Below, in pieces: positions 1-13,300 of a stretch of DNA of 64,000 nucleotides. Position numbers and translations under genes: made by a program. Each line of letters begins with the position of its first letter. The first letter of the stretch is position 1. Origin of the DNA: Octopus vulgaris (lineage: Eukaryota); the NCBI GenBank assembly GCA_951406725.2, contig OX597817.1, positions 91,512,001-91,576,000 on the forward strand. The letters run 5' to 3'. The notes under the pieces are model-generated. The model saw only the letters and a program-made list of their open reading frames with translations, made no database searches and was not told the DNA's origin.

Positions 1-1363
1 CAGTATATGTTACCACATCATAGAAATCTATGGATGATTTAACGAATCGTTAATGTGTATACAAATAATTAATGCAGGCAGGGGTTTAGCAATGTGTTAC
101 CAAAAAGGAAAACTATAATTGTCATGAAATATGACTGAGGGTGTCAGAACATAACAATGCTAGAAATAAGAGCTAAAGTGCTCTAATGCTGCAGTCAAAG
201 CACATAATTGTATGCATACATACTGACAGTGACCATAATCATCCGTAATATATAGAGATCGTCATTTAACATCCATGTTCCTTGCTGGCATTGGTGGACA
301 GTTTGACAAAATCTGAATGTCTCCAAGGAATGCATGCAGTTCCAGTGTCTAACTTGGCATAGTTTTTATAGCTAGATACCCTTCCTAATGGCAACCAATT
401 TATGGTGTAGCCTAGGTGTTTTTTTTTTGTGCCACCTACACTACTGAGTTCACCATGTGGTTCATGAGACTGTGAGCACTGGGGGAATTGGTGTGTGGTC
501 GTCTCCATGCTAGGGACAAAGAAATTATGAGAGAAGGAGGAAGAACAGGTTCTTTCTGAGGGATCTGCATAGCTCCTCGCATTTAGTAGAGGGAAAAGGA
601 GGAGGAAAAAAAGAGAAAGGGAAAAAGGTCAGTAGGAATTGCAAGAGATAGACAATGAAAATAAGGTGTCTTGGTGGGCCCTAAAAGGCACAAAGTGAGT
701 AGAAGTGGATGGGTGAGTGGTTTGCAAGATTGGAAAAGTGAATGAGGGGTTGGAGACTGACTGCTAAAAACAGGTAGGATTGAAGGGTGAATGATATAAA
801 ACTATGAACTGGGGAGATAGAGAGATGCAGTCTTCCACATCCCTCTGTCTCCCCAGTGAGTAACAGAAGTAGTAAATATGATGCAGTCGCTGGTGGTGGG
901 GGAGGGCAGAGAGAAACATTATGTGTATGTATGTACATCTTTTTTATCTTTTCATTTCTTTTTCTTTCTTTCAGTCATTAGACTGTGGTCATGCTGGGGC
1001 ACTGCCTTGAAGAAGTTTTAGCTGAATGAATCGACCCCAATACTTATTATGTTTTGCAAGGCCTGGTACTTATTCCATCAGTCTCTTTTGCCAAACTGCT
1101 AAGCTATGGGTAAGTAAACACACCAACACTGGTTGTCAAGCACACATACACACACACACATACACACTTCAAAAATAGGTTAAAGGTGATATATTATTGT
1201 GGTGGGTACCATGTTTTCTCTCAACGCAGTTTCAGATGCTGGCTAACCACATCGGTTCATATATAATATATGAGCTAACAACGAGTTGTCAAGCACTGGT
1301 AACTTCTCTAGGGTAATTCTGTGTGTCTTGTTCAAGACTGCATATGTTCCGTAGAGTAATTAA

Positions 1364-1515
1364 TAACATTAATAATCATAAAGAGAATGGAGATTTTTCA
1401 CATCCATAAATTTTATTTAACAGTTATTTTCTCTGGAGAATGTGCTGTAAATAACTGTTAAAATAAAATTTATGGATGTGAAAAATCTCCATTCTCCCTA
1501 TCATGATTAATGTTA
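1364..1515. repeat. Fold-back inverted repeat, ~66-bp arms, abutting (TA)n
   Basis: GAGAATGGAGATTTTTCACATCCATAAATTTTATTTAACAGTTATTT is mirrored by its reverse complement at 1449-1515. Confidence 0.85.
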
Positions 1516-1536
1516 TATATATATATATACATATAC

Positions 1537-1585
<49 letters not shown>

Positions 1586-1589
<4 letters not shown>

Positions 1590-1658
1590 TAAAAACGGTA
1601 AGATAACAAAAGAAACTCAGAGTTTTATCTTGACTATTGAGTAAATGTAACATATTAT
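1586..1658 (+). mobile_element. 73-bp internally deleted derivative of the PLE at 20258-21140, embedded in (TA)n
   Basis: The first half matches 20258-20286 (TTGGTAAAA..GGTAAGATAACAAAAGAAA). The second half matches 21093-21138 (GAAACTCAGAGTTTTATCTTG.CTAT.GAGTAA.TGTAACATATTAT). Confidence 0.8.
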
Positions 1659-1696
1659 TTTATATATATATATATATACACACATATATATATACT

Positions 1697-1762
<66 letters not shown>

Positions 1763-1939
1763 ACTTTTTTCAGTTTCACTCACAAGCCTTTGGTCATCCT
1801 GAGGTTATATTAGAAGACACTTTCCCAACATGTCACACAGTAGGACTGAACCCAAAACCATGTAATTAGGAAGCAAGCTTCTTGCCACACAACCACACCT
1901 GTGCCTATATAAAGAAATGGCTGGATAGATTGATAAATT

Positions 1940-2068
<129 letters not shown>

Positions 2069-2226
2069 GCTTACAAACATTCTATCCATAAGAATTGTTG
2101 GACCCAGGGCTAGGAGTGAAGACACTTATTCCAACTGTCATGTGATTAGCTAATCCTGTTTGGTATTCACCAGTTTACATATGTCCATAACTATCTATAT
2201 CACTCTGACTCTCTCTTTATCTCTCT

Positions 2227-2263
<37 letters not shown>

Positions 2264-2460
2264 TTGTATATTCACAGACTGCTACATGGACATGCATATG
2301 TATGTACCTATTTACAAACTCACACATTTATATATATGTCTCTGTGTGCATGAGTGTGTGTGTGTGTGTGTACATACATATATATACATATGTCTGTGTG
2401 TGTGCATGTGTGTATACATATATATATATATATGTATGTATGTGTATATATATATATATA

Positions 2461-2542
<82 letters not shown>

Positions 2543-2579
2543 TATGTAAAGGTGGTGCTCCAGTCAAATAATTGAAACA

Positions 2580-2990
2580 AATAAAAGAATATAAGTATAT
2601 ATACACAGAGAAATAGAAAGAGAGCAATAGATAGACAGATGAATAAACATAAAAACATAGTTGTAAATTGGTGAATGGCAAACAAGGTTATCCAAGCAAT
2701 GTGCTATTAATAAAAGAAATACTCTTATATTAAGTGGAACATGTGATGATGTAAATATTATTGCAAAAATGCTTTTGGTCAAGGTTGAACTTGTGTAAAC
2801 ATCAAAATACATAAGATTCCCTAGCAGCACTGATAGACTTTTCAAAACAGATTGGATTTTTGGTTCCGGTTGAATAAGAACTTACTGAAGCAAGACATAT
2901 TGAAGTAATATTTAGGTTTTATGATGATATGATAGGATAAGCGGATTTTTATCGTTCCGTGTGGTTAGTGGGGAGAGGGGGTGAAACAAT
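2580..2990 (-). mobile_element. Highly decayed Penelope-like linker/endonuclease remnant
   Basis: Interrupted minus-strand peptide KNPLILSYHH...EPKIQSVLKSLSVLLGNL resembles the PLE RT-EN linker. Weak similarity only. Confidence 0.3.
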
Positions 2991-3031
2991 AAATCAGTGT
3001 TGACTATAAACTGGATTACATGTATACTTAC

Positions 3032-3228
3032 AGCTGATTGCTGAACTCGACCAATCAGATGTTGCAGGATCTGTATGCCAAGCACGTGTGGTGTCGTTAG
3101 TAGTAATCAACAATGTTACAACTAAGTGAGATCGACTGGAGTGTTCATGTACAAGAGTGGCACTCTCCCGACGTGTGCGTAAACCATGGACTACACAGGA
3201 CATCACAGATTTGACCGATGCTACTTGC
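3032..3228 (-). CDS. Internal exon of a kinesin motor domain, KIF25/kinesin-14-like (switch I region)
   Basis: Translates (R)QVASVKSVMSCVVHGLRTRRESATLVHEHSSRSHLVVTLLITT..., containing the SSRSH switch I motif in the LVH.xSSRSHL context typical of KIF25. Acceptor TTCATTTTCCAG (AG at 3230-3229), donor GTAAGT (3031-3026). Phase 2 in, phase 1 out. Confidence 0.88.
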
Positions 3229-3264
3229 CTGGAAAATGAAGGAAGCGAATTTATATATATATAA

Positions 3265-3306
<42 letters not shown>

Positions 3307-3334
3307 AAAGTTATTTTATCCCACATGAGTAGAA

Positions 3335-3534
3335 ATATAGGAAACATAGATGTTGACAATGCACTGAGAATAGTTAAAATATTTTTTAATATATTTAAAG
3401 CTTAAACGGTTTAACAATTTACACTGATTTTCAAAATTCATTGTAAACTGTGAAACCGGTTAAAGTTTTAAATATATTAATAAAAGATATTTTAACTATT
3501 CTCAGTGCATTGTCAACTTCTACCTTTCCTATAT
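3335..3534. repeat. Fold-back inverted repeat, ~89-bp arms (PLE-type terminus)
   Basis: ATATAGGAAA..GTTGACAATGCACTGAGAATAGTTAAAATAT is mirrored at 3442-3534. Confidence 0.85.
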
Positions 3535-3572
3535 ATAATAGTCAGTAAATCAGTAAAGTTCCCTCTCTGTTA

Positions 3573-3629
3573 GGGTCTGAAGAGATGCTGTAAAGCTAAG
3601 TGCTTTATGGATGTGAGACTGTGTAACCC
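3573..3629 (+). ncRNA. Minimal hammerhead ribozyme motif (GAAAC mutated to GAGAC)
   Basis: GGGT-CTGAAGA-[helix II with TGTAAAGC/GCTTTATG]-GAGAC-TGT-GTA-ACCC. Related sequence occurs at 53462-53600. Confidence 0.6.
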
Positions 3630-3660
3630 CATAGAGCAGCCATAACTACCTTCATCTAAT

Positions 3661-3700
<40 letters not shown>

Positions 3701-4720
3701 TGTGTGTGGGTGTGTGTGTGAATGTTTGCATACAAATATATGTGCATGTGTATATACACACATGTGCATGTGTGGTAAGAAGCTTGCTTTCCAACCACAT
3801 GGTTCTGGGTTCAGTTACACTGCATGGCACATTGGGCAAGCGTCTTCAATTTTACCCTCAAGTCAACCAAAGGCTTGTGAATGGATTTGGTAGAGGGAAA
3901 CTGAAAGAAGCCAATCATGTGTGTGTGTGTCTCCCACCACTGCAAATAATTAAATGTAGCACTTGTAGTTTAAAGCAGTGTTCATATATAACTCTTTTCT
4001 TACACTCCTGATGAGCTAGCAATAACCAGGCAAAACTAGTTGCATTGTTCTTTGATTCATTCTGGCTAAATGTGTCTTTAATATTTACTTGTTTCAGGCA
4101 TTTGACTGTGGTCATGCTAGCTCTTATATTGTCGGTCTCTTTTGCTGAACCTCTAAGTTATGAGGACTCAAACAGCTGTCAAGCAATGGTGGAAAACAGA
4201 GACACAAGCAAACACACATACACACACATGCGTGCACGCATGCACACACACTCACAAACACGTACACAAACACACATATACACACACATATACAACAGGC
4301 TTCTTTCAGTTTCCATCTACAAAATCCATTCACAAGGCCTCATCAGCCCAAGGCTATAGTTGTGGGACTGAATCCAGAATCATGCGGCTGAGACTTGTAC
4401 CTATATGTATGTTTATCAAATTTATATACAAAATTATCCATAAACATATTGTCTCAAAGCTTTATATACAAATACAACAGAGGTTTGAGATATATAAATA
4501 AGTCCAAGGTCTCTGTATGTTTCATATCTGGAAATGCAGCTGAAAAGTTTTTTTATGGAAGAACATCATTTGCGATGAATACCAATATCACTTCTTAACA
4601 TGACCACCACCAATGATGCACACGGGAAAGGCACCAGTGTAGTTTCAGTTGTTACTGTCAGAATGCAAAGGGCCACGGGGTGTTCTGACATGCTAATAAT
4701 TCTTCTAATTCACCACTGTA

Positions 4721-4752
<32 letters not shown>

Positions 4753-6296
4753 CTATCAATCTACCTATCTACCTATCTAACTATCTATCTGTTTATCCAT
4801 CCATCTGTCCATCCATCTGTTCAGCTGTCTATCCATCTTTATCTATCTATCTATCTGTCTGTCTGTCTGTCTGTCTACTATATATATATGAGTATGCGTG
4901 TGTATACATACATTCGTACATATATACATAAGTACATATATATATATACATACATATATGCATACATGCATGCATACATACATGCATACATACATACATA
5001 CAAACTTATATACATACATACTGCCAGGAACATACAAATAAATACTAAAGACAGGTAGTAGATATCAATAAAATAAATTAACAAAATGCCTTATCACTAA
5101 CAAACGATATATAAAATTCTTTTGAGGATAAAAGTATTAAACAGATATAAAATAATGATAGCATCTACATTTTTATCATTTTTTTATCTATATATTTATA
5201 TTTTATTTATTGTATTATTTACTAATTTATTTGTATAGTTTTAATGAACATTTCAAATGTAACATCTCTGAGAACAGAAAACAAAATGTTCAGGTTTTAT
5301 GTTTCTATGAACAGAACAGACAGAAACAGTTTAAAGTACTGGAAGACATCAAAGAAAATATACCCGTCCTAAATCTAAAAAAAAACTCTGTAGTTAACAA
5401 GTAGTTAATTAATTTTATCAAAATTACACAAAAGAATTTGACTCAGATTAGTTTACACTTTTAATTAGCTCTAAACTTCTAATCTTACTTTAGAGGTAAG
5501 ATATGTATATATGTATGTATGCATACTGGTATTCATATACATAAGTATGTATGCATGTATGCAACGTATGTATGTATTTATGTATGCATGTATGTATGCA
5601 TACTGGAATGTATGTATGCATGTGTGCATGCATGTATATACAAATGTATCTATGTATGTTGGTTTGTAAGTGTATTTGCATGTATATTTATATGTAATTG
5701 TATATGAGTATATAGACAAAGAATATAAACATTGTTGTAAAAACTGAAAGACCAGCACTTTTCAAATGAAGTCTCTCTTGCTATTTGCTCTGTAGCAAGC
5801 TACAGATACTTCCTTGTGACTATTGTCTTCAAGAATGTAAGCAAACCAGTGATTGGCTTATTGGAAACCTACAACTAAAGTTGCTTTTGTTTACTTTGTA
5901 TCTTCCAATTGTTTTAGTTGTTTCACTCATTAGACTGCAGCCATACTGGAGCACCATCTTGAAGAATTTTAGTACTATTTACTATTTAATTTAAAATATC
6001 AATAATATTAATATGCTAACTTTTTGTTTTTGTATGTACCTGTGGTGTGTGTCACACTTACTTCAAAGGAAGAGGTAAAAGGTTGAAGGGAGAGGTAGAA
6101 GTAAAAGAGAAGTAAATGGTGTAAAGCAGAGGAGGTATAGTTGAAGTGAGTGGCAAAACGAAAGAGAGGGGAGGGACAGAAGCAAAGGAAATAAAGTTGA
6201 AGTGAGAGGCGAAGTGGCAGAGAGGAAGAAGTAACAAGGAGGGAGAAAGAGAGAGAGGAGAATGAGAGCAATGAGAGGTAAGAGAAATATAATGCA

Positions 6297-6535
6297 AAAG
6301 GTGGCAAGTTGGCAGAAACATTAGCACGCCAGGCAAAATGCTTAGCGATATTTCGTCTGTAATTACATTCTGAGTTCAAATTCCACGGAGGTTGTCTTTA
6401 CTTTTCATCCTTTTGGGGTCGATAAATTAAGTACCAATTACACACTGGGGTCGATGTAATTGACTCAATCCCTTTTGCTGTTCTTGTTCGTCCCCTCTAT
6501 GTTTAGCCCCTTATGGGCAATAAAGAAATAAAAAA
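6297..6535 (+). mobile_element. SINE family B (tRNA-like head, Meta-SINE-like central domain)
   Basis: Matches 48286-48516. Contains a B-box-like GAGTTCAAATTCC and the CTTTTCATCCTTTTGGGGTCGATAAATTAAGTACC core. Confidence 0.75.
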
Positions 6536-8109
6536 TATAATGCATTAAATGCAGGAGGATGGAGGCAAGGAGACATAGAGGAGGGAATGGAAAAGAGAGA
6601 GATTTAGAGAGATAGATTGAGTAAAGGAAGGGAGAGGATAGAAAATAATAGTGAAAGAGAATGGAACCATTCTCATACAGAAAACACTGGAAAACTTTTA
6701 AATTTTGACGACATATGGTAAAGCCATTGAAAATATGGAAATTGCAAAAAAGAAATGTTGCTTATCTATCTATCTGTCTGACAGTTATTCTGTCTGTTTG
6801 CCTCTTTCTCTCTCTAATGCACACACTCTTTCTCTTCATTTGTCTGTCTCTCTCTCAGGAAATAGCTATGGATGTTACTGTTACTTTTCTGCAGTCGAAG
6901 GGAGAGTCAAAAAGAAAAAGAGAAATAAAAAGTGTTAATTAGAGGAGATAAAGTTGAAATGAGTGGCAGAATGAAAGAGACAGAGAAAGAGTGAGAGAGT
7001 GAGTGGTGACTGAAAAGAAGGTGGCGTTTGTTTTGTGTTTTTAAATGTTTATCAGTATTTTCAGAGTAGACAGATACATAACTACAGCAAATATTGGATG
7101 TTACATTTACTTTCCTACAATATAATTAATTACCGCATTCTGTATACTGGGTCCTCAGCCAATATTGGATATTTTACTTTTTTACACTATAATTTGATGC
7201 TACTTTTAAAGATGCTTACATGTTTTGTATTTCGTAGAATTTCCCAGAGTCCTGCTTATACATAATTATTCACTGGTTATTAAACAAAGTCACTATTTAC
7301 AGATGCTTACAATTTTTGTTTTCCCTGAAGTTTTCACAGGTCCAGCTAGTATTAATGAATATATATCACCGGTACTTTTTTTTTTTTCAATCCCACAAAA
7401 ATGAAAGACAAAGAGAAACATAGCAAGATTTGAACTTGAAACATGAGGCAACATCACTAAATATCAACAAAAGGCATTTATTCTAACACTGCTTCTCCAC
7501 CAATTCCTTCATCTAATATATTCAAATGATATGGATAACAGCAAATTCTAAGACTGAAGCTTGTCATTTTTGGGGTTTTTTTTGTATTTTTACTTGTGTA
7601 TGTATTATGTCTGAATAATGAGGTCTGAGCATCAGATGACACGTCTTGGCAAACAAACATTTAGCTTTTTCCCTTCTCCATCCTACAAAATAGATATCAG
7701 ATAAACTGTCAGTTGAACATTGCCAGGTCATTTGGCTCTAGAATTTCCTCTGAGATATGTTAAAAGTGTGTTTATAGACAAGATATAATGAAAAAAATTT
7801 TGCCATGTATATTTGTGGCTTCACACAGAAACTAAATGCTGAGTCTAAAAGTGCACAATGATAAAACTTCAATAAATTCAATCAACAATATTCATTGAAA
7901 TTTTTATATTTTTGAATTATTTTGTTTTATACTATTTGAGTTATTAAGTCAACATTAATTCACAATCTCATATTACATACACACACACACACTCACTCAT
8001 GTGTGTGAGTGTGTGTGTGTATAGTGAAAAACAGATAATGATGCAAATAACTAAACATGTTTTGAATTGATATAGAGAATATACATACATATATATATAT
8101 ATTACATAT

Positions 8110-8480
8110 AAAATTAAGAGGAATGACCACCAAAGTGGACCCCTAATATGCTAAAGATAGACGTCAAGACACATTACCATGAAGAGCGTGTTCTCAAGAA
8201 AAATTTCAGCAAAACACCAGAATGTAAAATGAGCAAGTCAAATGAAAATATACGAAATAAAAAAATGATTACCTATGTACCAATGGTTTCGCTTGTTAAT
8301 ATTTACGAATGTAAATATCTGCAAGCTCATCATCATAGTCTGTCACTTACAGAACACAATTTCCAGAACTATACACACAACACTCACCCGAAAGAGAGCA
8401 TGTACAAAGTTCTGCAAATTATATTTGGGGGTATTTTTCAAATGTCTTCATTTTGGCGCGATTCAGATGAGCATTCATGT
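8110..8480 (-). mobile_element. PLE terminal remnant next to (TA)n
   Basis: Carries a hammerhead motif at 8273-8338 and has a TA-rich flank. Confidence 0.5.
8273..8338 (-). ncRNA. Minimal hammerhead ribozyme motif, A3 core variant
   Basis: CTATG-ATGATGA-GCTTG..ATATTTAC ATTC GTAAATAT..CAAGC-GAAAC-CATTG-GTA-CATAG. All three helices pair. Confidence 0.7.
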
Positions 8481-8789
8481 ATAAGTATATAGGTATATAT
8501 TCATATATTTGCAGAAGAGATTTACATGGAATAGAAAAGATACGGAAAACTAAGGAGAGAGGGCATGATATTTCAGATCCAACAGCTGTTTTTGAGGGTT
8601 CAGAATTATATAATAGCTGTAAAGTTGGCAGATGGAGTGTGCAAAAAGTTAAAGATATGCAACCAGTAGTGTATGCATATAAGCCTTACTGTAAATTCAG
8701 ACTCTGTCTTTAGGGTGGAGAGATTGGTTAGATGTAAGTACATTTGGGAGGAAAAGCTGAAATAAGCACATTGTTTGTATATATAGCAG

Positions 8790-9200
8790 CAGGAATAGTT
8801 GTGTGGTAAGAAGCTCGTTTCTCAACCACATGTTCTGGGTTCAGTCCCACTACACAACACCTCAGGCAAGTATCTTCTTCTATAGCCTTGGGTTGACCAA
8901 AGCCTTGTGAGTGGATTTGGTAGATGGAAACTGAAAGAAGCCTATCATATATATATATGCATCTATTTATGTGAATGTGTCTTTGTGTCTGTATTTGTCT
9001 CCCACCATAGCCTGTCAATAGATGTTGATGTGTTTATGTCCCTGTAATTTAAAGGTTCAACAAAACAGATCAATAGAATAAGTACTAGGCTTACAAAGAA
9101 TAAGTCCTGGGGTCGATTTCTTTAACTAAAGAACCCTTTAAGATGGTACTCCAGCATGGCTGCAGTCAAATGATTAGAAAAAAAGTAAAAGAATAAAGAA
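8790..9200 (+). mobile_element. SINE family A (tRNA-derived, CORE-like), near full length
   Basis: Matches 21490-21897 along its length. Confidence 0.8.
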
Positions 9201-10599
9201 TGCGTTTGTGTGTGAGTTGGTGTCTCCTTGCCTTAGAAGAGTTGTAAATGAGTATCACTGTCATGCATGTTCAATCCTTCATTCCCAATCCTCTGTGGAA
9301 AAATGTCTGGCCAAGCAAATATTACTTTACTTGGAAATAGGTGATGGTTGACAAAATGAAAGGTATAGAAAATCATTGTCATAGAAAATAACAAATTCCG
9401 TCCAACTCATACAAGCATGGAAAAGTGCAACTTCTCCACACAGATATGATATCTTATTATTGACTTGGATTCTACTACCTTCTATCACTCTTTTTTTACC
9501 CTTATCATCTTTGGTTCTTAAGAAATGTCTTTTTCTTTTTTGCATTCATCACTTCAGCTTGTAGGTTGTGTCTTCCTCCCTTTTTGTTGCCTCTATTTTT
9601 GTTACAACCATATTTTCTGACTTTTCTTCCTATGCATAGCTAATGTGCTATAGTGTTCTGGGGCTCAGTAGTTTCTAGGTGAGTTCTGAGATTTTGATCC
9701 AGATATATATGGATTTATATATCTTACATGTATTATATCTTTCCTTTACACATGCTTCATATTTATCTTTTATATGCTTTCTAACTTTTAATATTTTCAT
9801 TTTGTTTCATTTAACAATTCTGTTTGTGCATTTTCAAGCAGTGTTGAAACTATTTTTAGACAGGTAATACCATCAAATGAAATGGTATTGTGTCAGGTAT
9901 TGAAACCATGATGATACCTTAATCAGCTGAAGATGTCATGAATATATTAGAGTTTATAAAGGAGGTATTTGAATTAGAAATTAGTTACATATGTGGGTGT
10001 GGTGTTTGAGGTTAGTGTATTTTACTAACATATGTTGAGTATATATATATATATATATATAAATAGGTACAAGCATGGCTGTGTGATTAAGAAGTTCACT
10101 TCATAATCATGTTATTTCATGTTCAGTCCCACAGTATAGAAACTTAGGCAGCTATCTTCTATTGTAACTTCAGACTGACCAAAACTTTGTGAGCGAATTT
10201 GGTTGACAGAAGCTGAGAGAAGTTTGTCATGTGTGTGTGTGTGTGTGTTCACGCATGTGCGTGTGAGTGTGCGTGTGTGTGTGTGTGTTTACCCAACTTA
10301 ACATGAATATCTTGCTAATACTGCACTATTAGCCTTGAGAGATCCTCTCATATAGGCACTTGGTGCATAAAAGCACACACAGATTGTAGCAAATGATAAT
10401 TGTCTGTCATGGGCACCAGAACGTCCCTATCACATGATTTCATTGTTCTGGAAATTATCAGTTGGAGGCATCCAGTCACTGCATGCCATACGTAAAAGAA
10501 CAAACGTAAGTAACGTAAGTACAAGGGTAGATTTGTTCAACTAGACCCTTCAAGGCAGTGCCTCAGCATGACTGCAGTCCATATATATATATATATATA

Positions 10600-11070
10600 A
10601 AATCAAATTCGATGACTGGCATCTGTGCTAGTGGAGCACTAAGAGCACCATCTGAGCATAATCGCTGCCAGAGCGGCTATCTGGCTTCCGTGCAGGTGGC
10701 ATGTAAAATACCACCATTCGAGCATGATCATTACCAGCGTCGCCTTACTGGCACGTGAAAAAACATTTGAGCGAGGTCATTGCCAGTGCTGCTTAACTGG
10801 CTCCTGTGCAGGTGGCATGTAAAAAAACACCATTTGAGCGTGGCCATTACTAGTAATGCCCGACTGACCCTCGTACCAGTGGCACGTAAAAACACCCACT
10901 ATACTCTCGGAGTGGTTGGCGTTAGGAAGGGCATTCAGCTGTAAAAACTCTGCCAGATCAAGATTAGAGCCTGGTGCAGCCATCTGGTTTGCCAGTCTTC
11001 AGTCAAATCTTCCAACCCATGCTAGCATGGAAAACGGACGTTAAACAATGATGATGATGATGATGATGAT
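10600..11070 (+). mobile_element. SINE family C / RTE 3'-UTR-like element with internal ~60-bp tandem units and (GAT)n tail
   Basis: Ends ...CATGCTAGCATGGAAAACGGACGTTAAACAATGATGATG, the same 3' end as the RTE LINE at 56030. Confidence 0.75.
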
Positions 11071-11204
11071 TAGTTCAAAATTGTATGGAAAATAAAAGGC
11101 AGAGACAGGTGAGGTGAGAGAACAACAAACAAGACCCCATCTGACTATCATCTTATTTCCAACATGAAAACAACATCAGTGATGACAATGTCATAATTGC
11201 TGCT

Positions 11205-11375
11205 GGTGATTTTTTGGCCAACAGAATGAAAGCTTTTTCATCAAAAGGATCCAAGCACTCCAATACCGATGGAAGAAGTGTGGGAATCACAAGGGGGATT
11301 ATATTGAAAAATAAACATCATTTGTTCACATTCCATGAGAGTATCTTGGTCAGACTATGAACTTTTCAGCTGACA
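11205..11375 (+). mobile_element. mariner transposase C-terminal remnant
   Basis: FFIKRIQALQYRWKKCGNHKGDYIEK* matches the typical mariner C-terminus (RW.KC...GDY.EK). Confidence 0.7.
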
Positions 11376-11424
11376 TAATCAAATAGTCTTGACAGTTACT
11401 TCTGTCACTGACAATGTGGTCTGT

Positions 11425-11444
11425 TTGTGTGTGAGTGTGTGTGT

Positions 11445-11527
<83 letters not shown>

Positions 11528-11530
11528 TGT
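11425..11530. repeat. (GT)n microsatellite
   Basis: Direct inspection. Confidence 0.97.
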
Positions 11531-12299
11531 AATTAGAGAGAGGGGAAGAGAAATTCTAAAGACTGATGTAGCTTATTATTAATAATATATTAAATAATAT
11601 ATTTCCAAGCAATCACAGAAAAATAATGGAACTAAAGCCATAAACCAAATAAAGATTAAATATTAATCAAAGAAGAACATTATCAATCTTGCTAAAGATA
11701 TATAAATGTCTTTATATTATTGCTTCTAATTATTTCTAATCTGCTCCATATTAATTCTCTTTGCATTAACGAGCTAAGCAATATTTACAGTAGCAAATAT
11801 AATAACAACAACAATAACAACTATAGACAAAATCACCAATATTTATGAGATAATTATTTTGAAACTGTAGACAATTTTATGGAACTTTTGTTCTAGTTAC
11901 CCCCACTTCACCTTAACATAGTAGAATAGTCATCTGGAATTGATCTCTATTCTATTATGTCATGACCCCACGCAACTACCACCCTGCCTTGTATCATAAA
12001 TCTTATTTATCACACTTTTGCTTCCTCTCTGTCTGTATGTCTGTCTCTCTTTCTACTTAACTACTCACCTATCCACTCATCTCTCTCTGTCTTTAATTGA
12101 AATGTATAACATACATGCACACACACGTGCTCACACATGCATATATATACATATATATGTGTGTAGGTATACACACTCACATGCACACACTCACACACAC
12201 ATACACACACAAACACACACACATGATCTAGTACATCTAATGATGCTCTGGGTCTTGTAGTTCCAGTAAGATTGTAATGGAAGTTTTGTTGTCATTGCA

Positions 12300-12700
12300 C
12301 CTTTCATTACTCTCATAGAACATCTTAATTCTTAGATAGATGGATAATAGAAAGCCTTAAGAGGTGGAGCAATAATATAGTAGGTCTATGCTGCCTTTAG
12401 ATGTCATTCTGAGGTTGCATGAATGCTACACCAGAGATATCAGGAAGTGTCATTCCAGGTTATCACCAATAAATGGAGAGGACTCGTAAGAGGAACTTGT
12501 CATGCAAATGTTAGACAGTGGTAGTGTAGGGCACTGGCCATAAACTCGTAACAGATGAGCTGTAGACAGAGACTTTACTGTGGGCTAGCTAGTGAGCTGG
12601 TCCACAGAGCAGGGACTTCTGACTAGGTGAAAAAGGAGTCTAGGTATTTAAATGGCTGATTGTACTTGCCTTTATTAGTGTAGCTGATTGAAACCTAATA
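12300..12700 (-). mobile_element. Decayed RTE-like LINE fragment (RT C-terminal region)
   Basis: Broken minus-strand peptides FKYL..., KVSVYSSSVTSL and HDKFLLRVLSIYW. Confidence 0.4.
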
Positions 12701-12949
12701 AACACGACACCAACACATTCTTGTTCCTATTATTTCCATGCATAGCTTAGCAAAGCTATAGTAGCTTGTAATAATGTATTACTGATTATTCAGAGTCACA
12801 AAAATTGAAGGGTGTGATGCAGCATGCCTTCATCATCATCATGACGACCACCACCATTTAGCATTTATTTTCTATGTTAGCATAGGTTGGATGGTTTGGC
12901 AGGAGCTGTTAAGTTTTTGGATGGATGGATGGTATGTCATAGTATCACT

Positions 12950-13300
12950 TGCCACCCGATCAAACCATTATCCAACAAAAGCATTATATTATTTTAGCAA
13001 ATTGAAAAATAAAGCTAGGAAAGTTACTCAGATGTTTGTTACATCTCACGAATGGTTTGAAAGATTTAGTAGCCATAACATTTGAGTAAAAGAAGGAGTG
13101 ATGATATCTTGGATGCATCAGAATTTCTAATGCAATTGAAAAGAAAGAGGAAACTTTAGCTATTATTTGATTATTATTTTGATACCCTATGTGGAATGAA
13201 TATTGTCTTGAAATTTAACCCTTAGGAGACAACAGGGCCAATCTATCGGGCAAAAAGTTGAATGACAAAGAAGATTGTATTAGTTCATTCAGTTTCCTAC
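12950..13300 (+). mobile_element. Tigger/pogo transposase remnant
   Basis: KALYYFSKLK...FVTSHEWFERF..HNI resembles the CENP-B-type HTH (F.AS.GWF.RF). Confidence 0.6.

Noticed and set aside
1215-1300. Possible minus-strand hammerhead (TTGACAA...GAAACTGCGTT)
   Set aside because: No helix I pairing could be formed, so it was not counted.
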